Assembly (NCBI GenBank): GCA_034435015.1
Contig: DAOTYH010000069.1
Coordinates: 21,312 to 85,311 of the forward strand
From: Anaerolineae bacterium
GTDB lineage: Bacteria; Chloroflexota; Anaerolineae; Aggregatilineales; UBA3940
Direction of reading: 5' to 3'
Length of the DNA stretch: 64,000 nucleotides
Positions within the stretch are counted from its first letter, which is position 1; each line of letters opens with the position of its first letter. A program made the position numbers and the translations under genes. The notes under the pieces are model-generated. The model made no database searches and was not told the DNA's origin. It worked only from the letters and a program-made list of their open reading frames with translations. This document shows positions 1 through 9,663 of this stretch, piece after piece.

Positions 1-561
1 CGGGTCAGATACGGCCTGCCGGATGCTCCCATCATCCTGACGGTGGGGACGCTCCAGCCGCGCAAGAATCACAGACGGCTGGTGCGGGCGTTCAGCCGGG
101 TGCGCGACAGAGCCGTGCTGGTCATTGCCGGCGGGGAGGGGTGGGCCTATGATGCTGTGCGTGATGAGGCAGCCCGTCTGCATCTGTCAGGGCGGGTGAT
201 CTTCACCGGCTTTGTGGATGACGCAGACCTGCCGGCGCTGTACCGTGCGGCGGTGTTGTTCGCCTACCCGGCGCTGTATGAGGGATTTGGTCTGCCGGTA
301 CTGGAGGCCATGGCCTGCGGTCTGCCGGTCGTGACCTCGAATGTGTCCTCATTGCCGGAGGTAACCGGCCCAGAGGCGGCATTGCTGATCAACCCGCTCG
401 ATGAGGAGGAGCTGGCGGCGGCGCTGGAACGGCTGTTGGATGACGAGGGATTGCGGGCCGCGCTGGCCGGGAGGGGACGCCTTCGGGCTGGGCAGTTTAC
501 GTGGGAACGAGCGGCGCAGGCGGTGTGGGATGTGTATCGTACCCTGCTTCATTTGGCCTGA
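1..561 (+). CDS. Glycosyltransferase family 1 (GT4-type), C-terminal part; the 5' end lies outside the window
   Basis: Frame 1 is open from nt 1. The translation ...ILTVGTLQPRKN...YPALYEGFGLPVLEAMACGLPVVTSNVSSLPEV is the canonical GT1 C-terminal nucleotide-sugar-binding region. Confidence 0.85.
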   Translation, partial: RVRYGLPDAPIILTVGTLQPRKNHRRLVRAFSRVRDRAVLVIAGGEGWAYDAVRDEAARLHLSGRVIFTGFVDDADLPALYRAAVLFAYPALYEGFGLPVLEAMACGLPVVTSNVSSLPEVTGPEAALLINPLDEEELAAALERLLDDEGLRAALAGRGRLRAGQFTWERAAQAVWDVYRTLLHLA

Positions 562-642
562 GGCCTAGACATTGCTAGAATGGTGTCATCTGCCCGCTCA
601 GATCGCTGAGAGAGGGAGGGCAGACTATTCAGTGCCGGAGCT

Positions 643-3057
643 ATGCCGGCCAATAACAATGGGATGGAACGCATGAGTCCTTCCAGATTGACGCCAGAGG
701 TCTGGCCGGTCACCGATTCGGGACAGGCCGGAGAAAACGAAGACTTTGTGCTGGTTTACCAGCCTGCCGATCCCAACGAATTACGCTATTCCGGCTGTCT
801 GTACGTTGTGGCCGATGGGATGGGCGGTGAAGGGCGCGGGCAGATCGTCAGCCGCTATGCGGCTCAGAAGGTTGCGCATGAGTATTTCAATAACTCAGAG
901 CCTGACCTTGGCCTGCGCCTGCGGGATGCTGTGCTGGCCGCCAACGCTGACCTGTTTGCCTATGCCCGCCAGCGCCCGGAACTGGTCAAGGTAGGGGCAT
1001 CGCTGGTAGCCGCTGTGGTGCGCGGTGAGCAGGCCCATATTGCCTCTGTCGGAGACAGCCGTGCCTACTTGATCCGGGAGGGGGCTGTTCATCGGATCAC
1101 GCATGACCATACGCTGGTTCAGCAGTTGGTGGACGAAGGAGCGATCTCGCCTGAGGAAGCCCGTGAGCACCCCCGCCGTGATGTGGTCCTGCGCACGCTG
1201 GGTATGGAGGAAACGGTCGCGGTAGATGTCTTTGATCTGCGCCTGCGGCCTGATGACGTGCTGGTGCTGGGCAGTAAGGGGCTGTTCCGTGCGCTGGAGG
1301 ATGACGAGATCGCCCAGATTGCCGCTCATACTGCGCCGCGCACCGCCGCTGAGACGTTGATCCGCCGGGCGGCTGAGAAGGGCGGCAAGGAAAATGTCAC
1401 GGTCGTCACGGCGGTGTTGCGTGACGGCGCACCGCCGCTGGCAGTCGAAGTGCCATATACATGGAACGGCCAGCCGCCGAGCTTTGAGGCACAGCCGGCG
1501 CTTTCAGTGAAACGTCCGCCTGCGCCGCCGGTCGAAACACCTACCCAGATACCGCATCCGACGGCACGGATACCGCCTTTGCCGCCTGAGCCGCCTTCAC
1601 CGGCTGGAGAAACAGTCAGGGCACAGCCTGTCAGGCCGCCGGCACAGCCGCCCTATTCTGCCCCGCCGGCACAACCGGTTTATCCCAGCCCGCCGCCGGA
1701 GCAATGGACACAGCCCTATCCTCCTCAGCCGCCGGCACAGCCCTACCCTCAGCGTGGAGCGCCCCAGCCGGGGTATACACCGCCGCCGGGGTACGGAATT
1801 GACCCTGCTACCGGCCTGCCGCCTGTGCCGCCCGCCCCCTCCGGCTGGACCGGCCCTCAGCCTGCCGGTTATGTGCCGCGTGCCTACCAACTGCCTGCCC
1901 AGCCGGCCTCGCTCAGGCCGCCGCGGCGGGGTATCACACTGGGGACTTTTTTGCTGGTGGCTTTTCTGGCCGTCCTGCTGACCGTGCTGATGGTGGTCGC
2001 ACTGGTCAACCCGTTCAACTGGCAGTTGCCGGCCATCTCGCTGGGCGAGGGGGCACAGCCGACAGCGACCTCTACGCTGGATCAGGCATCGCTCTACCTG
2101 ACGCTGACAGCCTCGGCTATCACGCCGCCTTCCCTGCCGACGACGCCGCCTCCCGTCACCCCTACGCCGACTTCGATTGTGGCGCCGCCCGGCATGGTGC
2201 TGGTTGAGGGCGGGGCGTTCACGCGCGGGGTGGGCGATGAGGAAGCTCAGGCCGCTATCCTGCTGTGCATTCAGGAATCACAGGGCGGGACATGTAATCA
2301 GGAAAACTTCTATGATGCCCAGCCGGTTGAGCAGGTTACCCTCAGCCCCTTCTTTATGGATGTCACAGAGGTGACCAACCGCGCCTATGCGGCTTGCGTA
2401 GCCGCTGAGGTCTGCACGCCGCCTTCCAATCAGGAGTTCTATGCTGACCCGAATTTCGCCGAGCACCCGGTAGTGTATGTGACATGGGAACAGGCCCGAA
2501 TCTACTGCGAGTGGACAGGCGGGCGACTGCCTACTGAGGCAGAATGGGAAAAGGCCGCCCGCTGGGACCCGCTCACCAGCCGCTCGAACATCTGGCCGTG
2601 GGGGGATAGCTGGGAGCCGGGCCGCGCTAACACACGGGCGGCAGGGCTGGGCGGGACCAGCGCAGTCCAAGCGTTTGCTCAGGACATCAGCCCGTGGGGC
2701 ATCCTTGACATGGCAGGCAACGTCAGCGAGTGGGTCGCCGACTGGTACTACCCCGGTTACACCGGTCTGGGCACGCTCAACCCGACCGGGCCGGCCAGTC
2801 AGCCGTTGCCCCAGCCGGAGCGGGTAGTACGCGGCGGTTCGTTCTTGGAGCTGGCCGCCTATTCGCGGGGCGGACATCGGCTGTCAGCCCGCTTTGACCG
2901 GTCCACCAACTGGATCGGCTTCCGCTGTGTAAGGGATGTAGTCGGGGCGGCGCCGATTGCTACCCCAGTTCCTGCCGGTACACTCGCGCCGACCGGTTCA
3001 CCTGCCGCTGGGGCGGCTGTCACGCCGGCGGCGCCGGGCACCATTGCGACACCATAA
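643..3057 (+). CDS. Membrane-anchored PP2C Ser/Thr phosphatase fused to an FGE-sulfatase (SUMF1-type) domain
   Basis: The N-terminus has PP2C motifs (YVVADGMGGEGRG, ASVGDSRAYL, GSKGLF, ENVTVV). A long Pro/Gln-rich linker follows at about nt 1430-1930. One hydrophobic helix (ITLGTFLLVAFLAVLLTVLMVVALV) lies at about nt 1932-2006. The C-terminus has FGE-type motifs (VTWEQARIYCEWTGGRLPTEAEWEKAAR, GNVSEWVADWY, RVVRGGSF, GFRCV). Confidence 0.85.
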   Translation: MPANNNGMERMSPSRLTPEVWPVTDSGQAGENEDFVLVYQPADPNELRYSGCLYVVADGMGGEGRGQIVSRYAAQKVAHEYFNNSEPDLGLRLRDAVLAANADLFAYARQRPELVKVGASLVAAVVRGEQAHIASVGDSRAYLIREGAVHRITHDHTLVQQLVDEGAISPEEAREHPRRDVVLRTLGMEETVAVDVFDLRLRPDDVLVLGSKGLFRALEDDEIAQIAAHTAPRTAAETLIRRAAEKGGKENVTVVTAVLRDGAPPLAVEVPYTWNGQPPSFEAQPALSVKRPPAPPVETPTQIPHPTARIPPLPPEPPSPAGETVRAQPVRPPAQPPYSAPPAQPVYPSPPPEQWTQPYPPQPPAQPYPQRGAPQPGYTPPPGYGIDPATGLPPVPPAPSGWTGPQPAGYVPRAYQLPAQPASLRPPRRGITLGTFLLVAFLAVLLTVLMVVALVNPFNWQLPAISLGEGAQPTATSTLDQASLYLTLTASAITPPSLPTTPPPVTPTPTSIVAPPGMVLVEGGAFTRGVGDEEAQAAILLCIQESQGGTCNQENFYDAQPVEQVTLSPFFMDVTEVTNRAYAACVAAEVCTPPSNQEFYADPNFAEHPVVYVTWEQARIYCEWTGGRLPTEAEWEKAARWDPLTSRSNIWPWGDSWEPGRANTRAAGLGGTSAVQAFAQDISPWGILDMAGNVSEWVADWYYPGYTGLGTLNPTGPASQPLPQPERVVRGGSFLELAAYSRGGHRLSARFDRSTNWIGFRCVRDVVGAAPIATPVPAGTLAPTGSPAAGAAVTPAAPGTIATP

Positions 3058-3115
3058 GGGCATCACCCGCTGACGGGATGGCGCTTGATGAGCCTCTGAG
3101 AGAATTGACTCAACT

Positions 3116-3153
3116 GGCAGGGCGTGGCCTGTTGCGCCCTGCCGGGTTTTTTT
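3116..3153 (+). terminator. Rho-independent terminator after the PP2C-FGE gene
   Basis: A perfect 9-bp stem GGCAGGGCG/CGCCCTGCC (3116-3124 / 3135-3143) is followed by GGG and a run of seven T. Confidence 0.7.
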
Positions 3154-3296
3154 ATCTGAAAGGGGAGGGTTGTTCCGGATTTGTATGCCGGCCTGTTGTG
3201 TGCAATACTAACCCCGCCTTGCTCAAAAACATTCGCCTAAAACGGGCAGACAGCCTGATGAACATTCTCATGTAAGGAGGCAAAAGACACACGGAT

Positions 3297-5801
3297 ATGC
3301 AACACATGGGTATGACCACGTTCGAATGGGCGATGATCTTTGCGGTGCTTGGTACGGCCATCCTGGCCCTGATCTACGCGGCGCTGCTGGCGAGGCAAAT
3401 TCTGCGCTACGACAAAGGCACCGAGAAGATGCAGGCCATCTGGCAGGACATCAAGAAAGGGGCTAACGCCTATCTCCGTACCCAGCTCCGGACTGTAGCG
3501 ATCCTGATAGTGGCCCTGACCGTCCTGATGTTCCTGAGTGTGTTTCTGGTGCGTCCCACGCCAGAGGCTGAGGAAATCTTCGGTGAAAACGCCCGCCTTG
3601 TGATCGCTTTTGCGCGTGCCGGCGCTTTCTTGATGGGGTCTACCTTCTCAGCGACGGTGGGCTTCCTCGGTATGAACATGGCGGTCGAGGGCAATGTCCG
3701 TGTGGCATCCGCCTCGCGCGTCAGCTATAGTGAGGCGCTCAAGATCGCTTATCGCTCCGGCACGATCACCGGCATGTTGACTGACGGGCTGGGACTGCTG
3801 GGCGGCACGCTGATCTTCATCATCTTCGGTAAAGCCGCTCCTGATGTGTTGCTTGGCTTCGGGTTTGGCGGCACCCTGCTGGCGCTGTTTATGCGTGTGG
3901 GCGGCGGCATCTTCACGAAGGCCGCTGACGTTGGCGCCGATCTGGTGGGCAAGGTCGAGGCCGGCATGGAGGAAGATGATCCGCGCAACGCCGCCGTGAT
4001 CGCCGACCTGGTAGGCGACAACGTAGGCGACTGCGCCGGCATGGCCGCTGACATCTTCGAGAGCTATGAGGTGACGGTCGTTTCGAGCCTGATCCTTGGG
4101 CTGGCTCTCTCGCAGATCACAGGCAACTATCACTGGATCGTTATCCCCCTGCTGATCCGCGGGGTAGGCGTGATCAGCTCGATCATCGGGACGTATGCGG
4201 TGGCGCTGTGGAAAGGGGTGGACGCTGAGGAAGCCATGTACAAGAGTTACGAGCTTTCCAGCGCCATCACCATCACCTCAGCCTTCCTGCTTTCCTACTT
4301 CTATGCCGGCGACCTGCGGATGGGCGTGCTGAACGCCATCGGTGTAGCACTGGCGGTTGCCTTTAACCCGCTCACGGCTTATGCGACCAGCGCCAACAGC
4401 AAACGGGTCCAGCATATCTCCTCAGCAACGCGCTTTGGCCCGGCGCTGGTGATCCTTGAGGGGCTGAGCCTTGGTTATCTGTCCAGCGTGTTTGCGGTGA
4501 TTGCGATCATTGTGGCACTGTCGGCGTCCATCCTGATCTATTCGGTAGGCCTGCCGGATGCCATCCGTCCTATTATCGTCTATGCGGCGGCGGCCATAGG
4601 CGTGATCGGCGGCATTATCCAGTGGGTACGCCATAAGATGTGGATTGACGGCGTGATCTTCCTGATGTGGACGCTGGTACTGGGCTTCTTCCTGTACAGC
4701 ATGGCGCCCATCACTACCGCGAATGTTCAGCCACTGCCGGATTTCTTTGTGGACGGCGTGGTCGGCGGGACGCTCAAGCCCTCAGTCACATTCTCGTTTA
4801 TCCTGTTTGGCGTCAGTATGATCGGCGTGGGGATGCTCTCGCACACGGGCAACAACGTCAGCATGGACACCTTCGGCCCCATCTCTGACAACGCCAACGG
4901 CATTGGCGAGGTGGCAGGTATGGAGCCGCAACAGCGCCAGATCATGGCTGACCTCGATGCCGCTGGCAACACGACCAAGGCCATCACCAAAGGCGTGGCG
5001 ATTGGCTCGGCGGTCGTGGCGGCGCTGTCGCTGTATGGCGCGTTCTTCACGGACATCCGGCGGGTGTGGCCGGTGGATTTGCGCGGCCCGTTCGAGGAAG
5101 TCATCAATCTGGCTGATCCCACTGTCTTTGTCGGCCTGCTGATCGGCGGGATGTTGCCGCTGTTGTTCGGCAGTCTGTTGATCAAGGCCGTCAACCGCGC
5201 CGCCTCTCAGATGATGACTGAGGTGCGCCGTCAGCTCCGCATCCCCGCCATCTGGGAAGGCAAGGAAAAGCCGGACTACAGCCGTGCCGTGACGATCAGC
5301 ACCCGCGCCGCGCAGGCTGAGCTGATCCCGCTGGGGCTGATCGCTGTGCTGGCCCCCATTGTGATCGGCCTGCTGCTCAAAGAGCGGGCGCTGGGGTCAT
5401 TCCTTGCCGGCATCATCGTCAGCGGCCAGTTGCTGGCGGTCTTCATGGCGAACGTCGGCGGTGCGTGGGACAATGCCAAGAAGTTCGTGGAGGATGGGAA
5501 CTTTGGCGGCAAAGGCACGCCTAACCATGCCGCCGCTGTCGTGGGTGACATTGTCGGCGACCCGCTCAAAGACACGGCAGGTCCAGCCCTCAACCCGATG
5601 ATCAAGGTGATGAATCTGGTCGGGCTGATCATGGCACCCATCGTGGTGGAACAGGCCGGTTTCTCGTGGCCGGTGATTTTGATCATCGTGGGCGGCCTGC
5701 TGGCGATGGTGTGGGCTGTCCGCCGCTCTGACCGTACTGTCACGCTGGTTGAGGAGGAAGGGCTGGAGGCTGTCACGGTCAAGGCCTCAGCGGCGGACTA
5801 A
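3297..5801 (+). CDS. hppA: Membrane-bound proton-translocating pyrophosphatase, K+-independent type
   Basis: Signature motifs GGIFTKAADVGADLVGKVE, DDPRNAAVIADLVGDNVGDCAGMAADIFESY and DTFGPISDNANGIGE are present, and the protein is polytopic and hydrophobic. GNTTKAITKG carries Lys/Thr at the positions that mark K+-independent enzymes. Confidence 0.95.
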   Translation: MQHMGMTTFEWAMIFAVLGTAILALIYAALLARQILRYDKGTEKMQAIWQDIKKGANAYLRTQLRTVAILIVALTVLMFLSVFLVRPTPEAEEIFGENARLVIAFARAGAFLMGSTFSATVGFLGMNMAVEGNVRVASASRVSYSEALKIAYRSGTITGMLTDGLGLLGGTLIFIIFGKAAPDVLLGFGFGGTLLALFMRVGGGIFTKAADVGADLVGKVEAGMEEDDPRNAAVIADLVGDNVGDCAGMAADIFESYEVTVVSSLILGLALSQITGNYHWIVIPLLIRGVGVISSIIGTYAVALWKGVDAEEAMYKSYELSSAITITSAFLLSYFYAGDLRMGVLNAIGVALAVAFNPLTAYATSANSKRVQHISSATRFGPALVILEGLSLGYLSSVFAVIAIIVALSASILIYSVGLPDAIRPIIVYAAAAIGVIGGIIQWVRHKMWIDGVIFLMWTLVLGFFLYSMAPITTANVQPLPDFFVDGVVGGTLKPSVTFSFILFGVSMIGVGMLSHTGNNVSMDTFGPISDNANGIGEVAGMEPQQRQIMADLDAAGNTTKAITKGVAIGSAVVAALSLYGAFFTDIRRVWPVDLRGPFEEVINLADPTVFVGLLIGGMLPLLFGSLLIKAVNRAASQMMTEVRRQLRIPAIWEGKEKPDYSRAVTISTRAAQAELIPLGLIAVLAPIVIGLLLKERALGSFLAGIIVSGQLLAVFMANVGGAWDNAKKFVEDGNFGGKGTPNHAAAVVGDIVGDPLKDTAGPALNPMIKVMNLVGLIMAPIVVEQAGFSWPVILIIVGGLLAMVWAVRRSDRTVTLVEEEGLEAVTVKASAAD

Positions 5802-5826
5802 CCGCCGGGCAAAGTGTCGAACCTCC

Positions 5827-5860
5827 CACAGGGGCAGGGCTTCTGAACCTTGCCCCTGTG
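5827..5860. terminator. Hairpin between convergent hppA and radical-SAM genes (possible bidirectional terminator)
   Basis: CACAGGGGCAGGG-(8 nt loop)-CCTTGCCCCTGTG forms a 13-bp stem with one G-U pair. There is no clear T-tract. Confidence 0.45.
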
Positions 5861-5877
5861 ATCTTCCCGATGTATGT

Positions 5878-7206
5878 TTAGACCCCTTCCAGTACTTTCT
5901 CGTGTTCTTCCTCTTCTTCCGGCGCTTCCTGCCCGGTCTGGTACTGCGGACGCAGGTAGCCGCCGTACAGCCGCCACTCGTCCATACGGCACGAGTTGAT
6001 CAGCGTGCCGTTGAAGACGCACATGTCGGGGCACGAGTCGCACATGTCCACACGACCGTCGGGCAACAGGTCGGGGGCCTGAACGATCCCGATGGACTGC
6101 ATATAGACGGGCGAGAAGAGCAACAGTGGTTTACGTATCACTGTGCGGACATATTCCCGCCAGGCGCGGCGTACCGGCTCATCAAACAGGCCGGTCAGAA
6201 AGACCGTGCGGCCAACACGGTTACTGCGGCGATAGGTCAAGTAGGTCCCCTTGAACCAGTGATGCCACACCTGAGCGGCCTCCATCAGGCGGGGGCCGAT
6301 TGAGCCAAGCATGTGGCCGCCTGCCAGCCCGATCTGTACGCCCATCAGCCACTTGATCGAGTCGTGGCGCTGAGTGCCGCCCAGATAGGCTGAGGCGTCG
6401 TAGTGCGGGAACTCTGAGCGAATCTTGGCCCATACGTCCCGCGAGGTCACGCCGGCATCTTCGGCCTTTTCACGCTCCAGCGCGTAGCCTAAGTCGGCGG
6501 GTTGTACCTTCTCGCCGGCAGGGGTGTAGTAGTCAACACCGGTATCCAGCCCGGCCGCACGGAAAGTGATGAAGACCAGCCCATGCACCCGGTCAATATG
6601 TTTGTTGCCCCAACGCACCACATCGTTGATCTGGTCAAAGTTGGAGCGGTAGACCGTCATGCCAAAGTTACAATACAGGCCCGGCACAGAGGCCACCAGC
6701 TCCATCAGCTCCTCGCGGAGTTCGTTCAGCTCAGCCTCTGTTTTGCCGTTCCAGCGGGGGCCGCGCTTTTGCAGGCTGTCCACGTGAAAGGCGATCCCCA
6801 GCGCCCCGGCCTTCTTGAGTTCAACCAGCAGTTCGCGCGTCAGGGCATGGCCGTTTGACAGCACCAGTGCTTCCATGCCCTGCTGTCGGATGAACGCCAC
6901 GATCTCAACGATGTCGGGGTGCAGGATCGGTTCTCCGCCGGCGATGCTGATGTTGTAGACCTTACGCCAGCGTTTGAAAAACAGGATGTCCTCTTTCAGT
7001 TCGTCGAGGGGTTTGTGTCCGGCGATCTGCTGGCGGTAACAGCCCAGACAGTAGATATTGCACTTGTCGGTTGTCTCCAGCCAGCCGATGGGGTTGTCAT
7101 TCATTGACCAAGGCATGCGGTACAGACGGCGCTTGTCGAGTTCCTCCACAGCTAACCTCCTTTGCTGAACCGAGAACCCATTTGCCTCCTCCCGGCCTGC
7201 TGTCAT
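5878..7206 (-). CDS. Radical SAM protein with a C-terminal Cys-rich auxiliary region; the true start is probably GTG at 7149
   Basis: CNIYCLGC is a CX3CX2C radical-SAM cluster motif, followed by a GGEP motif. The C-terminal Cys cluster is CDSCPDMCVFNGTLINSC. A perfect AAGGAGG lies 6 nt upstream of an in-frame GTG at 7149. A TATAAT on the minus strand sits at 7223-7218. Confidence 0.85.
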   Translation of the reverse strand: MTAGREEANGFSVQQRRLAVEELDKRRLYRMPWSMNDNPIGWLETTDKCNIYCLGCYRQQIAGHKPLDELKEDILFFKRWRKVYNISIAGGEPILHPDIVEIVAFIRQQGMEALVLSNGHALTRELLVELKKAGALGIAFHVDSLQKRGPRWNGKTEAELNELREELMELVASVPGLYCNFGMTVYRSNFDQINDVVRWGNKHIDRVHGLVFITFRAAGLDTGVDYYTPAGEKVQPADLGYALEREKAEDAGVTSRDVWAKIRSEFPHYDASAYLGGTQRHDSIKWLMGVQIGLAGGHMLGSIGPRLMEAAQVWHHWFKGTYLTYRRSNRVGRTVFLTGLFDEPVRRAWREYVRTVIRKPLLLFSPVYMQSIGIVQAPDLLPDGRVDMCDSCPDMCVFNGTLINSCRMDEWRLYGGYLRPQYQTGQEAPEEEEEHEKVLEGV

Positions 7207-7306
7207 CTGTATCCTGTATTATAGTCGATCTGGCGGCCTGCTCCTCTGTGTTTCCCAGTCGTTTGTCCCGCTTCTGCCGGCGCGAAGCCCCGTGCGTGGG
7301 ATGGTT

Positions 7307-7939
7307 TCATCCGCCGGCAGTTTCTTCCTCCCATACCATTTGTACCCGACCGGCGGAAAGTTCCGCCAGTGCCGCCTCAAAGCCTGCCCGGTCGTCCACG
7401 GCGAAGACAACCCGCAGAGTGACCTCGCCGGCGAAATCCTCGTCCACGATCTGCCCATGATGGGCCTCAACAAGCTGTTTGACCCGCTCATAGAGTGCAT
7501 AGGGGACAGCTACTCGTCCCGCCTTCCGCTCGACCCGCTCAGCACGGGGCAGGGACGCCAGCGCCTCCTGTGCGGCCTGCGTGTAGGCACGCACCAGCCC
7601 GCCCGTGCCGAGCTTGGTCCCGCCAAAATAGCGGGTGATCACCAGCACCACATCGCCCAGATCAGCACCGCGCAGGACGGCCAGCGCCGGGCGGCCTGCC
7701 GTGCCGGGCGGCTCGCCGTCGTCGCTCATTCCCTCGATCACGGATGCGCCATATCCCACCCGAAAGGCGTACACGTTGTGAACAGCATCGTGGAACTCTT
7801 CACGTATCCGCTCAATGAAGGCCCGTGCGTCGTCGGGGGTGCGTGCTTCGCCGATGGTGGCGATGAAGCGCGAATTTACCACAACGATCTCAACACGTGT
7901 CGTCGCGCCGGGGATAGGGTAGCGGGCAGCCGTCATCAC
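7307..7939 (-). CDS. yigZ: IMPACT/YigZ family protein (UPF0029)
   Basis: YAFRVG...DDGEPPGTAGRPALAVL...VVLVITRYFGGTKLGTGGLVRAY is the family signature. The gene overlaps the upstream peptidase gene by 4 nt. Confidence 0.85.
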   Translation of the reverse strand: MMTAARYPIPGATTRVEIVVVNSRFIATIGEARTPDDARAFIERIREEFHDAVHNVYAFRVGYGASVIEGMSDDGEPPGTAGRPALAVLRGADLGDVVLVITRYFGGTKLGTGGLVRAYTQAAQEALASLPRAERVERKAGRVAVPYALYERVKQLVEAHHGQIVDEDFAGEVTLRVVFAVDDRAGFEAALAELSAGRVQMVWEEETAGG

Positions 7940-9663
7940 TCCAACAGGCTTTCCAGCGCTTCGATGCGTTCTTCCAGCAGACTGACCGCACTGCGCAGGG
8001 TGCCGGCATCAAAGGCAAAGCGGGCGCCGGCGGCGGCGTACATCTCCGGCAGGCTCACACTGCCGCCCAGCGACAGGGCGTGGCGGTACTGCGCAACCGC
8101 TCCGGCCTGATCGCGCAAGGCATTGCGCCAGACCTGTACCGCGCCAAGCTGAGCCAGCCCGTATTCAACGTAGTAAAACGGATCAGTAAACAGATGAAGC
8201 TGGCGCCGCCAGCGCATGGCAACAGCGTCTTCTAGGCCGGTGAAATCCACGCCGCGCATGAAGCGTTTCCATAGCGCGTCCCATACTTCATCACAGCGGG
8301 CAGGATCAGCTCCCTCGTCGGGATGGGTGTACACCCAGTGCTGGTAGGCATCTACTACGGCCATGTACGGCCAGAAGGTGATGATGCCTTCCAGATGTTC
8401 GATGCCGGCGCGGGCGAACTCCTCGTCAGTGTAGAAGCCGCCTTCTTTGGCTGGCAGGTAGGGGGATGCCAGCAGTTCCATAGACATCGAGGCGACCTCA
8501 GCGAACTCCAGCGGCACGCCGACCGAGTTACGCTGATGGAAGTAGGGCAGGCCGGCTGTCTCGAAGACGTGGAAGCTGTGGCCGGCCTCGTGCAGGAGGG
8601 TCATCACGTCGTCATGCGTGCCGACCGCGTTCATGAAGATGAAGGGCCGCCGGCAGGCCTCGTAGGGCATGCTGTAGGCGCCGGGGGATTTGTTGGGGCG
8701 GCTGTCCAGGTCGAGCAGATTCTCGCGGCGCATGATGTCAAAATATTGCCCTAACGCCGGATCAACCCGGTCGAAGATGACAGCCGTCCGCTCAACCAGT
8801 TCCGGCACGGTCTCAAAGGGATGCAGTGCAGGTCTGCCGAACGGGTCCACAGAGGTATCCCATGGGCGCAGGGTATCCAGACCCAGCCGCCTGCGCCGCT
8901 TCTCGTAGATGCGCTCTGCCGCCGGAACAACTACTTCCTCAATGGCACGGTGGAAAGAGAGACAGTCTTCCGGCGTGTAGTCGAAACGTGATTGATCCAG
9001 CCAGCGGTAGGCGCGGTAATCCGGCAGGCCGGCCTGTTCTGCGATCTGCTGGCGGAGCTTGACTAATCCAGCCCATACTTCGTTGACGGCCTGACGGTCA
9101 ACCATCTGGCGCTCCAGGCCGAGCCGCCAGGCCTGTTCGCGCGTGGGGCGGTCAGGGTTCTGATAGATCAGGGTGAGCTGTTGGAGCGTCAGGGACTGGC
9201 CTTCCCATTCGACGGTCTGGGCGCCGGCGATCTGTTCGAACTGGCTGGAGAGCTTTTTCTCCTCAGCCAGCAGGGGCAGATTAGCCTCGCGGAAAATCTC
9301 GGCCTGTGCGCGCATGCGGTGCAGGGGAACGTCAAAACCTTCAGGCTGGAGGCCGCTGTCTAACAGCTTCTGTTTGAGTCCATTCTCGGCCTGCTGAATA
9401 GGCGGACGGACATGCTCGACAAAGTGTTCGTAGCGTTGCTGGGCTTGCTGATCGGCGGTGTTGACAGTTGTGGCCACATACAGCCGCCAGTAGGCTTCGT
9501 CGTACAGCTCAGCCAGCCGTGACCAGTCAGCCAGCCAGCCTGCGACAGTACCGGCGGTCAGCGGGCGGGCCGCCAGTTCGGCGAAGTAGGGTTCGAATTG
9601 CGGCCATTCCCAGCTCATACAGTCAAGGGCAGAGCGTGTCAGCGAAGAGAACATCGTCAGCAA
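7936..9663 (-). CDS. pepF: M3B family oligoendopeptidase F-like metallopeptidase
   Basis: An HEAGHSFH (HEXXH) zinc site sits in a protein of about 575 aa whose length and layout are typical of PepF. Confidence 0.85.
   Translation of the reverse strand: MLTMFSSLTRSALDCMSWEWPQFEPYFAELAARPLTAGTVAGWLADWSRLAELYDEAYWRLYVATTVNTADQQAQQRYEHFVEHVRPPIQQAENGLKQKLLDSGLQPEGFDVPLHRMRAQAEIFREANLPLLAEEKKLSSQFEQIAGAQTVEWEGQSLTLQQLTLIYQNPDRPTREQAWRLGLERQMVDRQAVNEVWAGLVKLRQQIAEQAGLPDYRAYRWLDQSRFDYTPEDCLSFHRAIEEVVVPAAERIYEKRRRRLGLDTLRPWDTSVDPFGRPALHPFETVPELVERTAVIFDRVDPALGQYFDIMRRENLLDLDSRPNKSPGAYSMPYEACRRPFIFMNAVGTHDDVMTLLHEAGHSFHVFETAGLPYFHQRNSVGVPLEFAEVASMSMELLASPYLPAKEGGFYTDEEFARAGIEHLEGIITFWPYMAVVDAYQHWVYTHPDEGADPARCDEVWDALWKRFMRGVDFTGLEDAVAMRWRRQLHLFTDPFYYVEYGLAQLGAVQVWRNALRDQAGAVAQYRHALSLGGSVSLPEMYAAAGARFAFDAGTLRSAVSLLEERIEALESLLE

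Noticed and set aside
1430-1930. Proline/glutamine-rich repetitive DNA, which might be taken for a tandem-repeat or non-coding element
   Set aside because: It is in frame within the PP2C-FGE gene as a low-complexity linker. It has no exact nucleotide periodicity.
3297-5801. Apparent extra hydrophobic segment making HppA long (834 aa)
   Set aside because: I cannot delimit an insertion without an alignment, and H+-PPase lengths vary widely. I did not report it as a finding.
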